Below are positions 38,274 through 47,731 of a DNA stretch of 64,000 bases, piece after piece. The DNA is from Candidatus Thorarchaeota archaeon (GTDB lineage: Archaea; Asgardarchaeota; Thorarchaeia; Thorarchaeales; Thorarchaeaceae). The notes beneath the pieces are model-generated. The model saw nothing but the letters and a program-made list of their open reading frames with translations. It did no database searches and had not been told where the DNA came from. The first letter of the stretch is position 1, and every line of letters begins with the position of its first letter. The stretch is from contig JBHLRP010000001.1 of assembly GCA_048882485.1 (NCBI GenBank), positions 281,466-345,465 of the forward strand, read 5' to 3'. The translations under genes were made by a program, and so were the position numbers.

Positions 38274-39143
38274 TTGAAGCTGGCTAGATTTGTAGAAGGC
38301 TCACGAGTTGCTGCAGGAATAGTGATTGATGATCGCATTGAAGTGTACGATTCTTTGGGATCGGACCCATTCGGCGATTTTATTGAACAATATCAACCTG
38401 ATGAAATTGGATTGAGCGAATTCATGAAATCCATGATAGAAGGTCAGGATTCACTCTCCTATGATTTTTCTTGGATTGAGCCTCGCTTCATCATGCCTAT
38501 GGTGCCTTCTGAGGTATGGGCAGCGGGAGTCACATACAAGAGAAGTGTGGAGGCTCGTGAGGATGAAACTGGTGTCAAGGGAATTTATGACATGGTCTAT
38601 GAATCCAAGCGTCCAGAGATTCTCATCAAGGGGCTTGGTTACAGAACTGTAGGCCCAAACGACATCATCTGCATTAGGAGTGACGCTACATGGAATGTTC
38701 CAGAGCCAGAGTTCACTCTAGTATATGGGGAGAAGAAGGTTGTCGCTTATATGATTGGCAATGATGTCAGCTCAAGAGACATAGAAGGTGAGAATCCACT
38801 CTATCTCCCACAGGCAAAGGTGTGGCGTAGTTCATGTTCCATAGGGCCATATCTTGTAACCGCAGATGAAGTGAAGGATCCACGCAATGTGGGAATATCC
38901 TTGATAATTCGACGTGACGGTGAGATAGCATTCTCTGGTGAAACAAACACTGCAAATATGAAGAGAAGATTCGAGGAGTTGACAGAGCATCTATTCCGAG
39001 ACAATCCCGTGCCAAGAGGTGCCATTATGTTGACTGGTGTAGGAGTCGTCCCTCCGGATGACTTCACACTCAGACATGGTGATTTAGTTGAGATTAGCAT
39101 GGATGGACTCGGCACCATGAGAAATTACGTGAAGCAGCTCTAA
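38274..39143 (+). CDS. Fumarylacetoacetate-hydrolase family (2-keto-3-deoxy-pentonate dehydratase-like)
   Basis: 'EVWAAGVTY..S..AR', 'RPEIL.K', 'VPEPE', 'GNDVSSRDIEGENPLYLPQAK'. Confidence 0.88.
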   Translation: MKLARFVEGSRVAAGIVIDDRIEVYDSLGSDPFGDFIEQYQPDEIGLSEFMKSMIEGQDSLSYDFSWIEPRFIMPMVPSEVWAAGVTYKRSVEAREDETGVKGIYDMVYESKRPEILIKGLGYRTVGPNDIICIRSDATWNVPEPEFTLVYGEKKVVAYMIGNDVSSRDIEGENPLYLPQAKVWRSSCSIGPYLVTADEVKDPRNVGISLIIRRDGEIAFSGETNTANMKRRFEELTEHLFRDNPVPRGAIMLTGVGVVPPDDFTLRHGDLVEISMDGLGTMRNYVKQL

Positions 39144-39193
39144 TCACTATCTCATATCTACAAACAGTGAAATACTCAATTGCGCTCTCCATT

Positions 39194-39583
39194 ATGATTG
39201 CAATGTCAGTATATGATGATGACCAGAAGATAAAGAAGATCGACGCTGATATCGATAAGTTCAAGGATGAGCTTCGGGTGGCGGAGTCACAGCTCCAAGG
39301 AATTGACTCCCGATTAGATGCCGATATCGAACGCTTTCGCAGTATTGCCAAGGCAAGGAAAGACGAGTATGAAGCCATACGACAAAGAGCAAAGACTGCT
39401 GAATCAGCTTGGAAGTCTGCAGACAAAGACTTTCAATACGCCAAGAAGCAGAAAGACAAGCAGGTGTCTGACCTCAAAAAACGAGTTGATAACTTCAGAA
39501 AAAGGATTAAAGATGCCGCCAAGACTCGAGAGAAGAGAATCCGAGAGATTGAAAAGGAGAGGGAAAAGCTACGGCATGAATAG
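39194..39583 (+). CDS. Highly charged all-coiled-coil hypothetical protein
   Basis: Continuous heptad-rich K/R/E/D helix with no Pro; start at 39194 or 39203. Confidence 0.7.
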   Translation: MIAMSVYDDDQKIKKIDADIDKFKDELRVAESQLQGIDSRLDADIERFRSIAKARKDEYEAIRQRAKTAESAWKSADKDFQYAKKQKDKQVSDLKKRVDNFRKRIKDAAKTREKRIREIEKEREKLRHE

Positions 39584-39663
39584 AGAGAATCCTAAAGAGT
39601 AGGAGCGAAGAACGAGATTGGCCAAGATTTAAGCCAGCATAGGCGTTCAATGGAGGATAGCTA

Positions 39664-40641
39664 ATGAATGCATACTTTATGATAGTACTGCTGTCGTTTG
39701 TCCTTTTCTTTGTAGTATGGGGTCTTGGATGGTTGCTAGAAGCCTTATCACAATTTGTTTTGAGCACAACTCGGAATCCAGGTTCAAGAGGTTGGTATAT
39801 GCTTGTGGGGCCGGGTGTTGCCCTACACGAGTCTTCTCATGCACTAGGCTGTGTCTTCACTAGGACCAAGATTGTGGAGTTTAAGCCAATCAACGTGACA
39901 GTAAAGAAAGATCGCATTATCTTGGGATATGTCCGTTACGTCAATCCTACTAGCTCCTTGAAGCGAGCCGTGATAAACCTCGCACCCGTAGCGGTATCGT
40001 TGGTGCTCCTCACTCTTTTCGCGCTTGCGGCAACATACTTGGTTCCCGGGTCCCACCTAGGAGGAGAAGCAATTGATTTGTGGCATGCTCTAATTGCCAT
40101 CAAAACAGACCCAGTTGCATTGAGCAACTGGATACTTCCCGCGGAGCAAATTGGAGGATTTGTCTATGAGTTTCTATATGCATTCTCGGGCTTGACTGTT
40201 ATCAATCCGTTGTTCTGGATTGTATCACTTCTTGCGATGACAATTATGTTTAGCAATGCGCCTTCGGATGTTGACATCAGGAATGCCAAGAACGGTCTGA
40301 TATTCGTTATTGTCTTCAATGTTATTTGGCTGGGTGTGGCATATGTCCTACCTGCAGCTGGATATGCATTGTTTGGTCTGTATGAGCTTCTTGCTGTAAT
40401 GTTTGCACTGGCACTTGCTTTTGCGGGTCTTGGATATGGTTTCTTCATCCTAGTAGCTGGTCTTGCGAGAATCAAATCACCTCTACAAATAATCCCACTG
40501 CTGGGTTGTCTAGGTACAGGTATAGCTTTATCCTATTTCACAGTAGGCACAGCAGCTTTTCAGACAGTTGTATCCATTGGAGTCTTGGTGGTTCTGATGC
40601 TGCTTCTTCTCGTGATGAAGAGCACCAGAGCATCAGGGTAA
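39664..40641 (+). CDS. Membrane zinc metalloprotease (M50-like)
   Basis: 'PGVALHESSHALG' HExxH, 'GYV', 'NLAP', 'PSDVD', multiple TMs. Confidence 0.7.
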   Translation: MNAYFMIVLLSFVLFFVVWGLGWLLEALSQFVLSTTRNPGSRGWYMLVGPGVALHESSHALGCVFTRTKIVEFKPINVTVKKDRIILGYVRYVNPTSSLKRAVINLAPVAVSLVLLTLFALAATYLVPGSHLGGEAIDLWHALIAIKTDPVALSNWILPAEQIGGFVYEFLYAFSGLTVINPLFWIVSLLAMTIMFSNAPSDVDIRNAKNGLIFVIVFNVIWLGVAYVLPAAGYALFGLYELLAVMFALALAFAGLGYGFFILVAGLARIKSPLQIIPLLGCLGTGIALSYFTVGTAAFQTVVSIGVLVVLMLLLLVMKSTRASG

Positions 40642-40689
40642 TACCTACTTCCATATTTGACACTGTTCCCCCATACTTGGGTATAGGGT

Positions 40690-41037
40690 ATGACCAAAAT
40701 ACAAATTGTCAGACGACCTTCTCTAATTAGCCCTCGGCATCTCCTGAGATATGTGTTCTCAACTGAAATGCAGGTTGAACAAGCAGCCAAGATTCTCAAT
40801 GAGATAGTTCAGAGTGATGGCGTTGTTATGGATTCGGACTGGCGTCGATTCGTGGTGTCCAGCCGAGGACTATACGTGAAAGTAATGAGAAAGCTGAGAG
40901 ACACAGGACTAGTTGAAAAACGGATGGGTGAGTTCAGACTGGCCAATGATTTCTCCAGCTCGCTAGGAAGGATGGCTGATTACTGGACTCAGATTGTTGG
41001 TTCCTTTCAGGGTGGAGACAAAGCGATTGCATTCTAA
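40690..41037 (+). CDS. Winged-helix protein
   Basis: 'GLYVKVMRKLRDTGLVEKRMGEFRL' recognition helix and wing. Confidence 0.65.
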   Translation: MTKIQIVRRPSLISPRHLLRYVFSTEMQVEQAAKILNEIVQSDGVVMDSDWRRFVVSSRGLYVKVMRKLRDTGLVEKRMGEFRLANDFSSSLGRMADYWTQIVGSFQGGDKAIAF

Positions 41038-41039
41038 GG

Positions 41040-42620
41040 CTACTCTACCTCCCCTTCCTTGATCTCCAATTCTCGAAGTGTGGAAACTGCTTTGTCTCCC
41101 TTTAATTTCAGTACTCCAAGCTTGTCATACTGACGGACCCATTTCGTCACGAGCCCAATAGGTTGCGCCAATGTCTTTGCTAGATCCGCAATGGGAATCG
41201 AACCAACTTCATCAACTAGGATAAGCACCTTGGTACTGGACTCTTGGTTCAGCACGTCTATGTATCTCTTTACCCGTTCATCTGAGATATCTCTCTGCTC
41301 CAAGGCTATATCTCGTTCTTTCTCCATTAGTCGGGTGGCTTTCTCAAAGGCCTCCTTCTGCATCTCGAGTTTTGGTATCTTATCCTGGGTGGTCTTCAAA
41401 TCCGCCTCCAAATCATAGATCTGCTGCTCCATTTCCTTGATACCTTTTATCTTGTCTTGGATAGCATTGAGTTCGTCGAGTCTGGATTGGCTCTCTGCTT
41501 CCGCAGTTTCTCTCTCCTTCCCAAGACTCTCAGCCTGTCGCTGCAATTCCAGAATCTTGGCCTGGCTCTTATCAGCTTCAGCACGTTTGTCTTCCAACGC
41601 CTTCTCAACCAACGCCAATTTGGCCTCTAATGCCTCATACTCAGCATCCGACTTTGTGCTTGCTGTCTTAGCGGCTTCGGCCTCACCCTTGTACACCTCA
41701 AGCTGGCTTTCTGCTTCTTTGTATTTCAAACGGAGCTCATTAGCTTCAGCTCGGACAGTATCTATTTCATCCGTTCTAGCTTTGATGGAGGCGTCTTTCT
41801 TCAAAATGTCCTGTTTGAGAGCTTCTACTTTGTCATCATATTCCTTGAGTTTGCGAGCCAACTCCTCAGTTGCGGCATCAGCAGTCTTTCCCTTGTCTAC
41901 TATGCTCTGCAATGACTTTATCTCACGCTCGAGCTTTGCTATCTCTGCATCCTTCTCGGCTAGACCGGTCTGGAGTGACATCCCGTCTTCTTCTAGAGTT
42001 GTCATGAAGGACCTTACAATATCCTGCTGCTCCACGATTGTTGTCCTGAGGTCGAGTTCAGACTCTCGCACTCTTTGAGCGAATTCTTTGAATCTTTCTT
42101 GGGTCTGCTCTACAATCTTATCAACAAGATCTTTCTCAAGTGCTGCGAATTCATTGTCGACAATGTCTACAAATGTAGCCTCAATGAAGCTCTTGAAGAA
42201 CTTCATTCTGAGTCGTTCGACCATCTCTTCGGAGATTCGTGACTTGAGCTCGACTACCTTTCCCCTGAAGGTCAGAAGTTGGGCAGCAAATACTCCTACG
42301 ACACCTCTCTGTAGTGATGAAATATCGGAGCGAAGATTCTCCAGCTTTCGAAGGAGTGCATCAAATCCTGCCACGGCTTCTCCTGCATCAAGGGGACTCT
42401 CGCGTCCCTCCGGAATCTCCATTCCCTCGACAAATTCCAATGCCACCGCTGCAGCAGAAAGAAGATCATCACTGGAATCCACTGGCATCATGACTGGTTC
42501 AGAATCCTCCAGACCTTGTGCCATACCCTGAATATGTACTTCATCTAGTGAAGCCTCTTTCAGCGATTCTTGGAGCTTCGCCTTTTCCTCATCCGTCAAC
42601 TTCTCGTCGTCAGGAGACAT
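41040..42620 (-). CDS. Long coiled-coil protein with C-terminal winged-helix domain
   Basis: About 300 aa of heptad repeats; C-terminal 'KVLILVDEVGSIPIADLAKTLAQPIGLVTKWVRQYDKLGVL'; no Walker A motif. Confidence 0.8.
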   Translation of the reverse strand: MSPDDEKLTDEEKAKLQESLKEASLDEVHIQGMAQGLEDSEPVMMPVDSSDDLLSAAAVALEFVEGMEIPEGRESPLDAGEAVAGFDALLRKLENLRSDISSLQRGVVGVFAAQLLTFRGKVVELKSRISEEMVERLRMKFFKSFIEATFVDIVDNEFAALEKDLVDKIVEQTQERFKEFAQRVRESELDLRTTIVEQQDIVRSFMTTLEEDGMSLQTGLAEKDAEIAKLEREIKSLQSIVDKGKTADAATEELARKLKEYDDKVEALKQDILKKDASIKARTDEIDTVRAEANELRLKYKEAESQLEVYKGEAEAAKTASTKSDAEYEALEAKLALVEKALEDKRAEADKSQAKILELQRQAESLGKERETAEAESQSRLDELNAIQDKIKGIKEMEQQIYDLEADLKTTQDKIPKLEMQKEAFEKATRLMEKERDIALEQRDISDERVKRYIDVLNQESSTKVLILVDEVGSIPIADLAKTLAQPIGLVTKWVRQYDKLGVLKLKGDKAVSTLRELEIKEGEVE

Positions 42621-42948
42621 ATCTATCCCTCAGTGGCCGAGCAAATGATATGAGCAATATGTCAGGTATAAGGTTTGTGAGAACGTATTCGGAAAATGTA
42701 TCCAGTTATTCAAACGCGCTAATTATAGAAAATCAAGGAGGCTACGTCTCTCGACGGTTCTCTCCCGTACTTCTCAGTCTTCTCAACTCAGAGCAAGCTA
42801 TCGGGGGCTGTGGCAATCTCCCATTCATACATAAGGTAGCACGTCCTCTGACCGGGAAGTCGAGGAGATTTAGCCACCTAAAGACTTCTGCCTGTCTATT
42901 GAGCGGTCTAGTTCACGACTTCATCTGACACCAGAACAGAACGTAGGT

Positions 42949-43494
42949 CTAGGTTCTTGCGGCATCAAGGAAGTGTATGACGGCAACTATGCCAGTCGCT
43001 GCCCAGAGCAAGCTAACCCAGATATTCCAGCCACCACCGACCAAAGACAACGGCCAACTCGCAGCGCCACAAGCTAAGAACACTAAGGCAGCAACAATGG
43101 AAAACGGACTGAATTCCTCGCGAAGCAACCATGCAGAAATCCCTGCAGTGATCCAGCCCACGCTTATGAATATCCAGCCAACCAACACAATGGTGTGGAA
43201 CCAATCAGGGCGAGTATCAGGCAGGCCGATCAAGTAATACAGTAGGGGAACTATGATATCCCACACGATGATGCATATAGCACTGACTAGCGGAATGACG
43301 TTCCCGCTCTTTCGCCATAGTCCAAAGAACCCTATACTGATTGAGATCAAACCCAGGATAAGTATCAGATAGTGTTGTGCTCAATCAAGAAAACTTGGGC
43401 TGGGGAGACCAAGAAAACTTGGGCTGTATATTGGTGCGATGAGGAAACCACCAATAGCACCGAGTACGAACGAAGCTTTTGTTCCATTACTCAA
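42949..43494 (-). pseudogene. Multi-pass membrane protein interrupted by in-frame TGA (43381-43383)
   Basis: GGAGAGGAG SD, TTG at 43494 gives MSNGTKASFVLGAIGGFLIAPIYSPSFLGLPSPSFLD-TGA-AQHYLILILGLISISIGFFG..., in frame with track ORF 42949..43350. Confidence 0.6.
43386..43426. repeat. 17-bp direct repeat (24-bp period)
   Basis: CAAGAAAACTTGGGCTG at 43386-43402 and 43410-43426, encoding SPSFL twice on the minus strand. Confidence 0.85.
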
Positions 43495-43774
43495 CGATTC
43501 TCTCCTCTCCTACTAGGGTTGAAGTGCAAGAAATCACTGCGTTCTCTCAGATTACTCGAGAGAGTCTAGAGGCTGTGTCATGGATATGACAACACTGTGA
43601 ACTAGAGATTGCATGGAGCTTCGACAAAAGGTCTCCGGAGTTTCTATTTATTCTTGAATGACTCGATAAATTGAAAGAATGATGGAGATGGCGTAGGATG
43701 AAGCTTTTCCATCGCCAGAATAATACTGGTTGAATGAAAGCGCTTATGAGAATCAGTTGAATCATCCAAAATTG

Positions 43775-44998
43775 ATGACAGCAAATTCCTCGACCCTCAG
43801 AGGACTGACGGTGGCAGTACTCGGATTCAATGCAAGGCCAATTGCGTGCTCTGCAACGAGAGCTGGAGCCAGAGTCATTGTATCTGATTATTGGGGTGAT
43901 GAGGACCTAGAAGCTTGTGCATCAAAATGGAATTCCATTCTAAAAACCATACCTGGAAAGAGACAAAGAACGCCTTTAGAGAAGCGAGTTCATATTAGCT
44001 TGGTTGAAAACCTGTTGGAATCTATTGATGACGAGGAAATCGACCATGTTTTTGTTGGGAGCGGTTTTGATGATAATACTCAATCACTAGGGCTCTTGGA
44101 AAAGAGAGTGCCGATTACAGGCAATTCGATAGTGCAGATGCAAAGAGCGCGAAATAGGTCTGCAGTCGGAAAACTAGCTGAGAGCTTCGGATTAGAAGTG
44201 CCTCTTAGCTTCGTTTCAAAAACATTGGATGAAGTATATGCTAGATGCGATGAAGTTGGTTATCCATGTGTAATTCGTCCTCCTTCATCAGGGGGTGGAA
44301 CTGGAATCTCCCTAGTTTCAGACCCGAGTCAAGTAAAAGCAGCATGCTGGAGGCTAGAAGCTGATATAGAGAATCCCGAGGTGATTGTCCAGCAATATAT
44401 CTCTGGCATTGACGGGTCCACAAGCATTCTGTCAACAGGCAACGAGGCATCTGTTGTATCGATTCAGGGCCAGCTGATTGGTATGCCATCTGCCGGGAGG
44501 AATTGTGATTTTGTCTATTCTGGCAACTATATGCCTCTTCGTCTTCCCAAGAAAGTGAAACAACTGATCACCGAAAGCAGCGCATCTCTCTGCACAGATC
44601 TCGGACTCTTGGGCACAAATGGGATTGATTTCCTCGTGGATATTGAGGAGAATTTATGGTTTCTTGAAGTCAATCCGAGGTTTCAAGGAACACTGGAAAT
44701 GCTAGAGCGGGGAGGAGGCATTTCTGTGACTGAATTGCACACTAATGCATGTAATGGCATTCTGCCATCAGAGCCGCCATCGTTCAAGCCATCTACGAAA
44801 CTAGTGATTTTCGCCAGGCGAAGTGGAAAGGTCCCTGCTCTGAGTAAATTCAGCAATACTGTGGATCGCACACCTCAAGACGTACTCGTAGAGAGAGGTG
44901 ATCCAGTGTGTACAGTCATAGAGACCTCATCCACTCTCCAAGATTGCTATTATCGCTCTCTCTCAACCTCGAACGCAATTCAAAGGAAAATCGAGTAA
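43775..44998 (+). CDS. ATP-grasp carboligase (COG2232-like, C1-cofactor-associated family)
   Basis: 'GFNARPIACSA', 'DYWGDEDL', 'RPPSSGGGTG', 'QQYISG', 'GIDFL...LEVNPRFQGT'. Confidence 0.85.
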   Translation: MTANSSTLRGLTVAVLGFNARPIACSATRAGARVIVSDYWGDEDLEACASKWNSILKTIPGKRQRTPLEKRVHISLVENLLESIDDEEIDHVFVGSGFDDNTQSLGLLEKRVPITGNSIVQMQRARNRSAVGKLAESFGLEVPLSFVSKTLDEVYARCDEVGYPCVIRPPSSGGGTGISLVSDPSQVKAACWRLEADIENPEVIVQQYISGIDGSTSILSTGNEASVVSIQGQLIGMPSAGRNCDFVYSGNYMPLRLPKKVKQLITESSASLCTDLGLLGTNGIDFLVDIEENLWFLEVNPRFQGTLEMLERGGGISVTELHTNACNGILPSEPPSFKPSTKLVIFARRSGKVPALSKFSNTVDRTPQDVLVERGDPVCTVIETSSTLQDCYYRSLSTSNAIQRKIE

Positions 44999-45094
44999 TC
45001 TGACTATGATGAACTCCTAGAAGGAGATTCAGCAAATGTATATCTGGACTAATGCACATTGGATACTTTGTAGAGGAGCCAGAAGGTCAGCCCC

Positions 45095-46156
45095 ATGAAA
45101 GTATGTCCGAAGTGTAACAAATCAAATCTGCCTACACGTAAGTACTGTATTCGTTGTGCTGCGTCTCTGATAGAACCGCCAAAGAAACGCGCAGTCGTTG
45201 ATGATGCTCCCAAACCTGAAGTTCCCGAGATTGGTCGCGTGACCTCAGGGGCAGACATGGCTCGACAAGCAACTGAGTCAGCAGCTCCACCTCCGACAAC
45301 GAACGATAAATGGGTTAAGCCAAGTGAAGTCTCTCGTGATCGAGTACGTACAGTGTCAAAGGGACGCGGAAAGACTGAGTTGGAAAAGGCACGTGAGGCA
45401 TTTGCTAGAGCTGAGGATGTGGGAATAGATGAAGATGGTACCGGGGTGATTGAAACTCGGATGCTTCGCGCGAGCGAGGTTAGAGAACTCCTTGAGGCCA
45501 CTCAGGCTGTTGCAGATGCCCCTGCTCCAATGATGATGGAGGGCTCCGAAACCCTGACTCCAGAAGAAATGGAACTTATGCAGCCTACCATGCCAAAAGC
45601 TGAGGCGCTTGAGGAGCAGATTCTTGGAACTCATTCTGCTTTCGTATCCTCAGAAGTATCAGATAGTCCAACACCTGAGAAGACTCTAGACAGCGATGTT
45701 TCCGAAGGGTTTAGTTCCTCAAGATATGAAGAGGAAGATGGAGAGCTTGATTTTAGACTGCCTGAACATATGCCCTCAGTGACTGCAGAAACATTAGCAC
45801 CCGCACCCGCCACGGCTCCACCGACTCCTGCTCCAACACCAATACCCACTCCCGCATCAACACAGGCTGAGCCGACAACTGCCGTTTCGTCGGGAGAAGA
45901 AGAGCTTGACTATGTCACTATCTGCCATAAATGCGGTGAGCCGACGAATATCGACCAATTCGAGTATCCATTTGAGGTCTATAGTGCCATGGGTGCTGCA
46001 CGACTGAAGCAGGCTCGATTCTATGTCGTGCAAGGTAAGCCGGACCAAGCAAAGGATACTCTTAGGATCGCAAGGGCCCTCTACAAGAAGGCTAATGATG
46101 AAACCGGACTGCATGAGACCAAGAAGCTCATTGATTCTCTTGCAAGAGAAGGTTAG
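45095..46156 (+). CDS. Zinc-ribbon / low-complexity linker / C-terminal helical protein
   Basis: N-terminal CPKC...CIRC, acidic and Pro/Thr-rich linker (APAPATAPPTPAPTPIPTP), C-terminal CHKC and TPR-like helices. Confidence 0.75.
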   Translation: MKVCPKCNKSNLPTRKYCIRCAASLIEPPKKRAVVDDAPKPEVPEIGRVTSGADMARQATESAAPPPTTNDKWVKPSEVSRDRVRTVSKGRGKTELEKAREAFARAEDVGIDEDGTGVIETRMLRASEVRELLEATQAVADAPAPMMMEGSETLTPEEMELMQPTMPKAEALEEQILGTHSAFVSSEVSDSPTPEKTLDSDVSEGFSSSRYEEEDGELDFRLPEHMPSVTAETLAPAPATAPPTPAPTPIPTPASTQAEPTTAVSSGEEELDYVTICHKCGEPTNIDQFEYPFEVYSAMGAARLKQARFYVVQGKPDQAKDTLRIARALYKKANDETGLHETKKLIDSLAREG

Positions 46157-46944
46157 GCTTCCAACCAGAGCTTCGTGAACTTGTTCCGTTCATCAACGAA
46201 TTCTCCTGGGTCCTTACACATCATGAGAAATTTGCCAGAGTAGCCTCTCTCTTTCAATTCTCCAAATATTGGCTGGAAATCTATCTCTCCCTCTCCAATG
46301 GGGAGGTGCTCATCATATTCTCTGGCAATGACCAAGAGCTCTTCGTGAGGGATTTCTCTTTTGAGTCTGAGGTTTCTGACCCTACTCACCATGCGCGCAC
46401 CATTATTGTCATGCACATTCACTACCGCAATGTGGTCATAGAATGACTGAATCACATCCAGTGCTCGATTCCTAGTAGCCATGATTTGTCCATGTCCAAT
46501 ATCAAGTGCAATCTTCATGTCCGGACATCTTTCAAACAACAGCGTCAGTTCGGTATAATAGAGACCAAGAGTTTCTATAGCAAGCTGAATCCCGCTCTCC
46601 TTTGCGGCATCACATAAGAGCGGTACCCACTCTAGAAATGCATCAATATCATTATCGCTGTAGAAAAGAGTGGATAATGCAGAATGAGTGGTTACAAGCT
46701 CAGCACCAACTTCAGCACTAACATCGATATATGGCATTATCTCACTGGGAAAATCCATAGGTCTCCAACATGGGTCGCTTGGAAGATGCAGAGTGGGCAC
46801 AACACCTGCTTCCTCAAGAATTCCTCTTGCCTCCCTGAAGTTCAGACTGTAGTTTAGGTCCATTCGCAGATCAATGAAATCAGGATTTTGAGAGATCCCC
46901 ATCTTCATCTGATCTATGTGCCTAGCGAAAGTGCCAATTTCCAT
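46153..46944 (-). CDS. Xylose-isomerase-like TIM-barrel protein (sugar-phosphate isomerase/epimerase / AP-endonuclease 2 family)
   Basis: 'TLHLP', 'LAIET', 'ALDIGHG', 'VHDNNG', 'DEHLPIGEGEIDF'; likely start ATG at 46944. Confidence 0.8.
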   Translation of the reverse strand: MEIGTFARHIDQMKMGISQNPDFIDLRMDLNYSLNFREARGILEEAGVVPTLHLPSDPCWRPMDFPSEIMPYIDVSAEVGAELVTTHSALSTLFYSDNDIDAFLEWVPLLCDAAKESGIQLAIETLGLYYTELTLLFERCPDMKIALDIGHGQIMATRNRALDVIQSFYDHIAVVNVHDNNGARMVSRVRNLRLKREIPHEELLVIAREYDEHLPIGEGEIDFQPIFGELKERGYSGKFLMMCKDPGEFVDERNKFTKLWLEA

Positions 46945-47133
46945 GGAAGTCCACACAATCGGTTCAAAGGGGCTGGCTTTTGTTAGTTTTGGTCCCACGG
47001 TTTGAAGGGTCTTCTGCAATACAAATTAGTCATATTTATTGCCAGGATAGGATAATCCCATCGAGCTGCGTAAGCATTATATGACCCAATGAGTTCGTTT
47101 CGTAAATAGGCCTAGCCGTGGAGCGTAACAGAC

Positions 47134-47670
47134 CTGTCTGACAATATATCATACCTGTTTAAGCTAGTTTTTCTAGGTGAGGGAGCAGTGGGTAAAACAA
47201 GTCTAGTCGGCAGATATGTCTATGACTCATTTGAAGGCGATTACCTAGCTACCATAGGCACAGACATACATGTCAAGACCGTTCAGGTTGATGAGGCCAT
47301 GGTCAAGTTGGTGGTTTGGGACATAGCTGGTCAGGATGATTTCGCTCAGCTTAGAAAGGCTTACTATCAGAATGCATCAGGGTCCTTTTTTGTCTTCGAC
47401 TGCACTCGTCCAGAAACACTCGAGAGAATCGGGGAATGGGTCGAAGCATTATATGGCGTGACGAAGAAGATACCCCTAGTATTGGTCGAGAACAAGATTG
47501 ACCTCCAGAGCAAGATTGATCCCGCAGAGATTGAAAAGATAGTCAAGAAATATGGCTTTACACATGTTCGCACCAGTGCGAAAGAAGACACGAATGTCGA
47601 AGAGGCATTCATACAAATGACTCGGGAGATTCTCGAGAAGACAAAGGCTAAGGGACCAACTTCATTATGA
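47134..47670 (+). CDS. Rab-like small GTPase (1 of 2), probable CTG start
   Basis: Frame extends upstream of the track start: (M)SDNISYLFKLVFLGEGAVGKTS; ATIG, WDIAGQ, ENKID, TSAK. Confidence 0.9.
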   Translation: MSDNISYLFKLVFLGEGAVGKTSLVGRYVYDSFEGDYLATIGTDIHVKTVQVDEAMVKLVVWDIAGQDDFAQLRKAYYQNASGSFFVFDCTRPETLERIGEWVEALYGVTKKIPLVLVENKIDLQSKIDPAEIEKIVKKYGFTHVRTSAKEDTNVEEAFIQMTREILEKTKAKGPTSL

Positions 47671-47731
47671 CACTGTACGCATGCGGAAAGTTAACATATG
47701 AAATGTTCAGTATTCATCGGGGAGTGCCAGA

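Noticed and set aside
41191-42531. Long plus-strand ORFs (41437..42078, 42088..42531)
   Set aside because: Ser/Leu-rich antisense shadows of the Glu/Lys-rich coiled-coil gene.
41040-42620. SMC/Rad50 annotation
   Set aside because: No Walker A/B, signature motif, hinge or zinc hook.
42850-42948. Possible SECIS (AUGA...GA) downstream of the TGA-containing gene
   Set aside because: Only a weak, bulged helix can be drawn and the TGA context is not redox-like; it cannot be supported without a covariance search.
43775-44998. PylC (pyrrolysine ligase) identity for the ATP-grasp gene
   Set aside because: N-terminal motifs fit the COG2232-type family and no pylB/D/S genes are adjacent.
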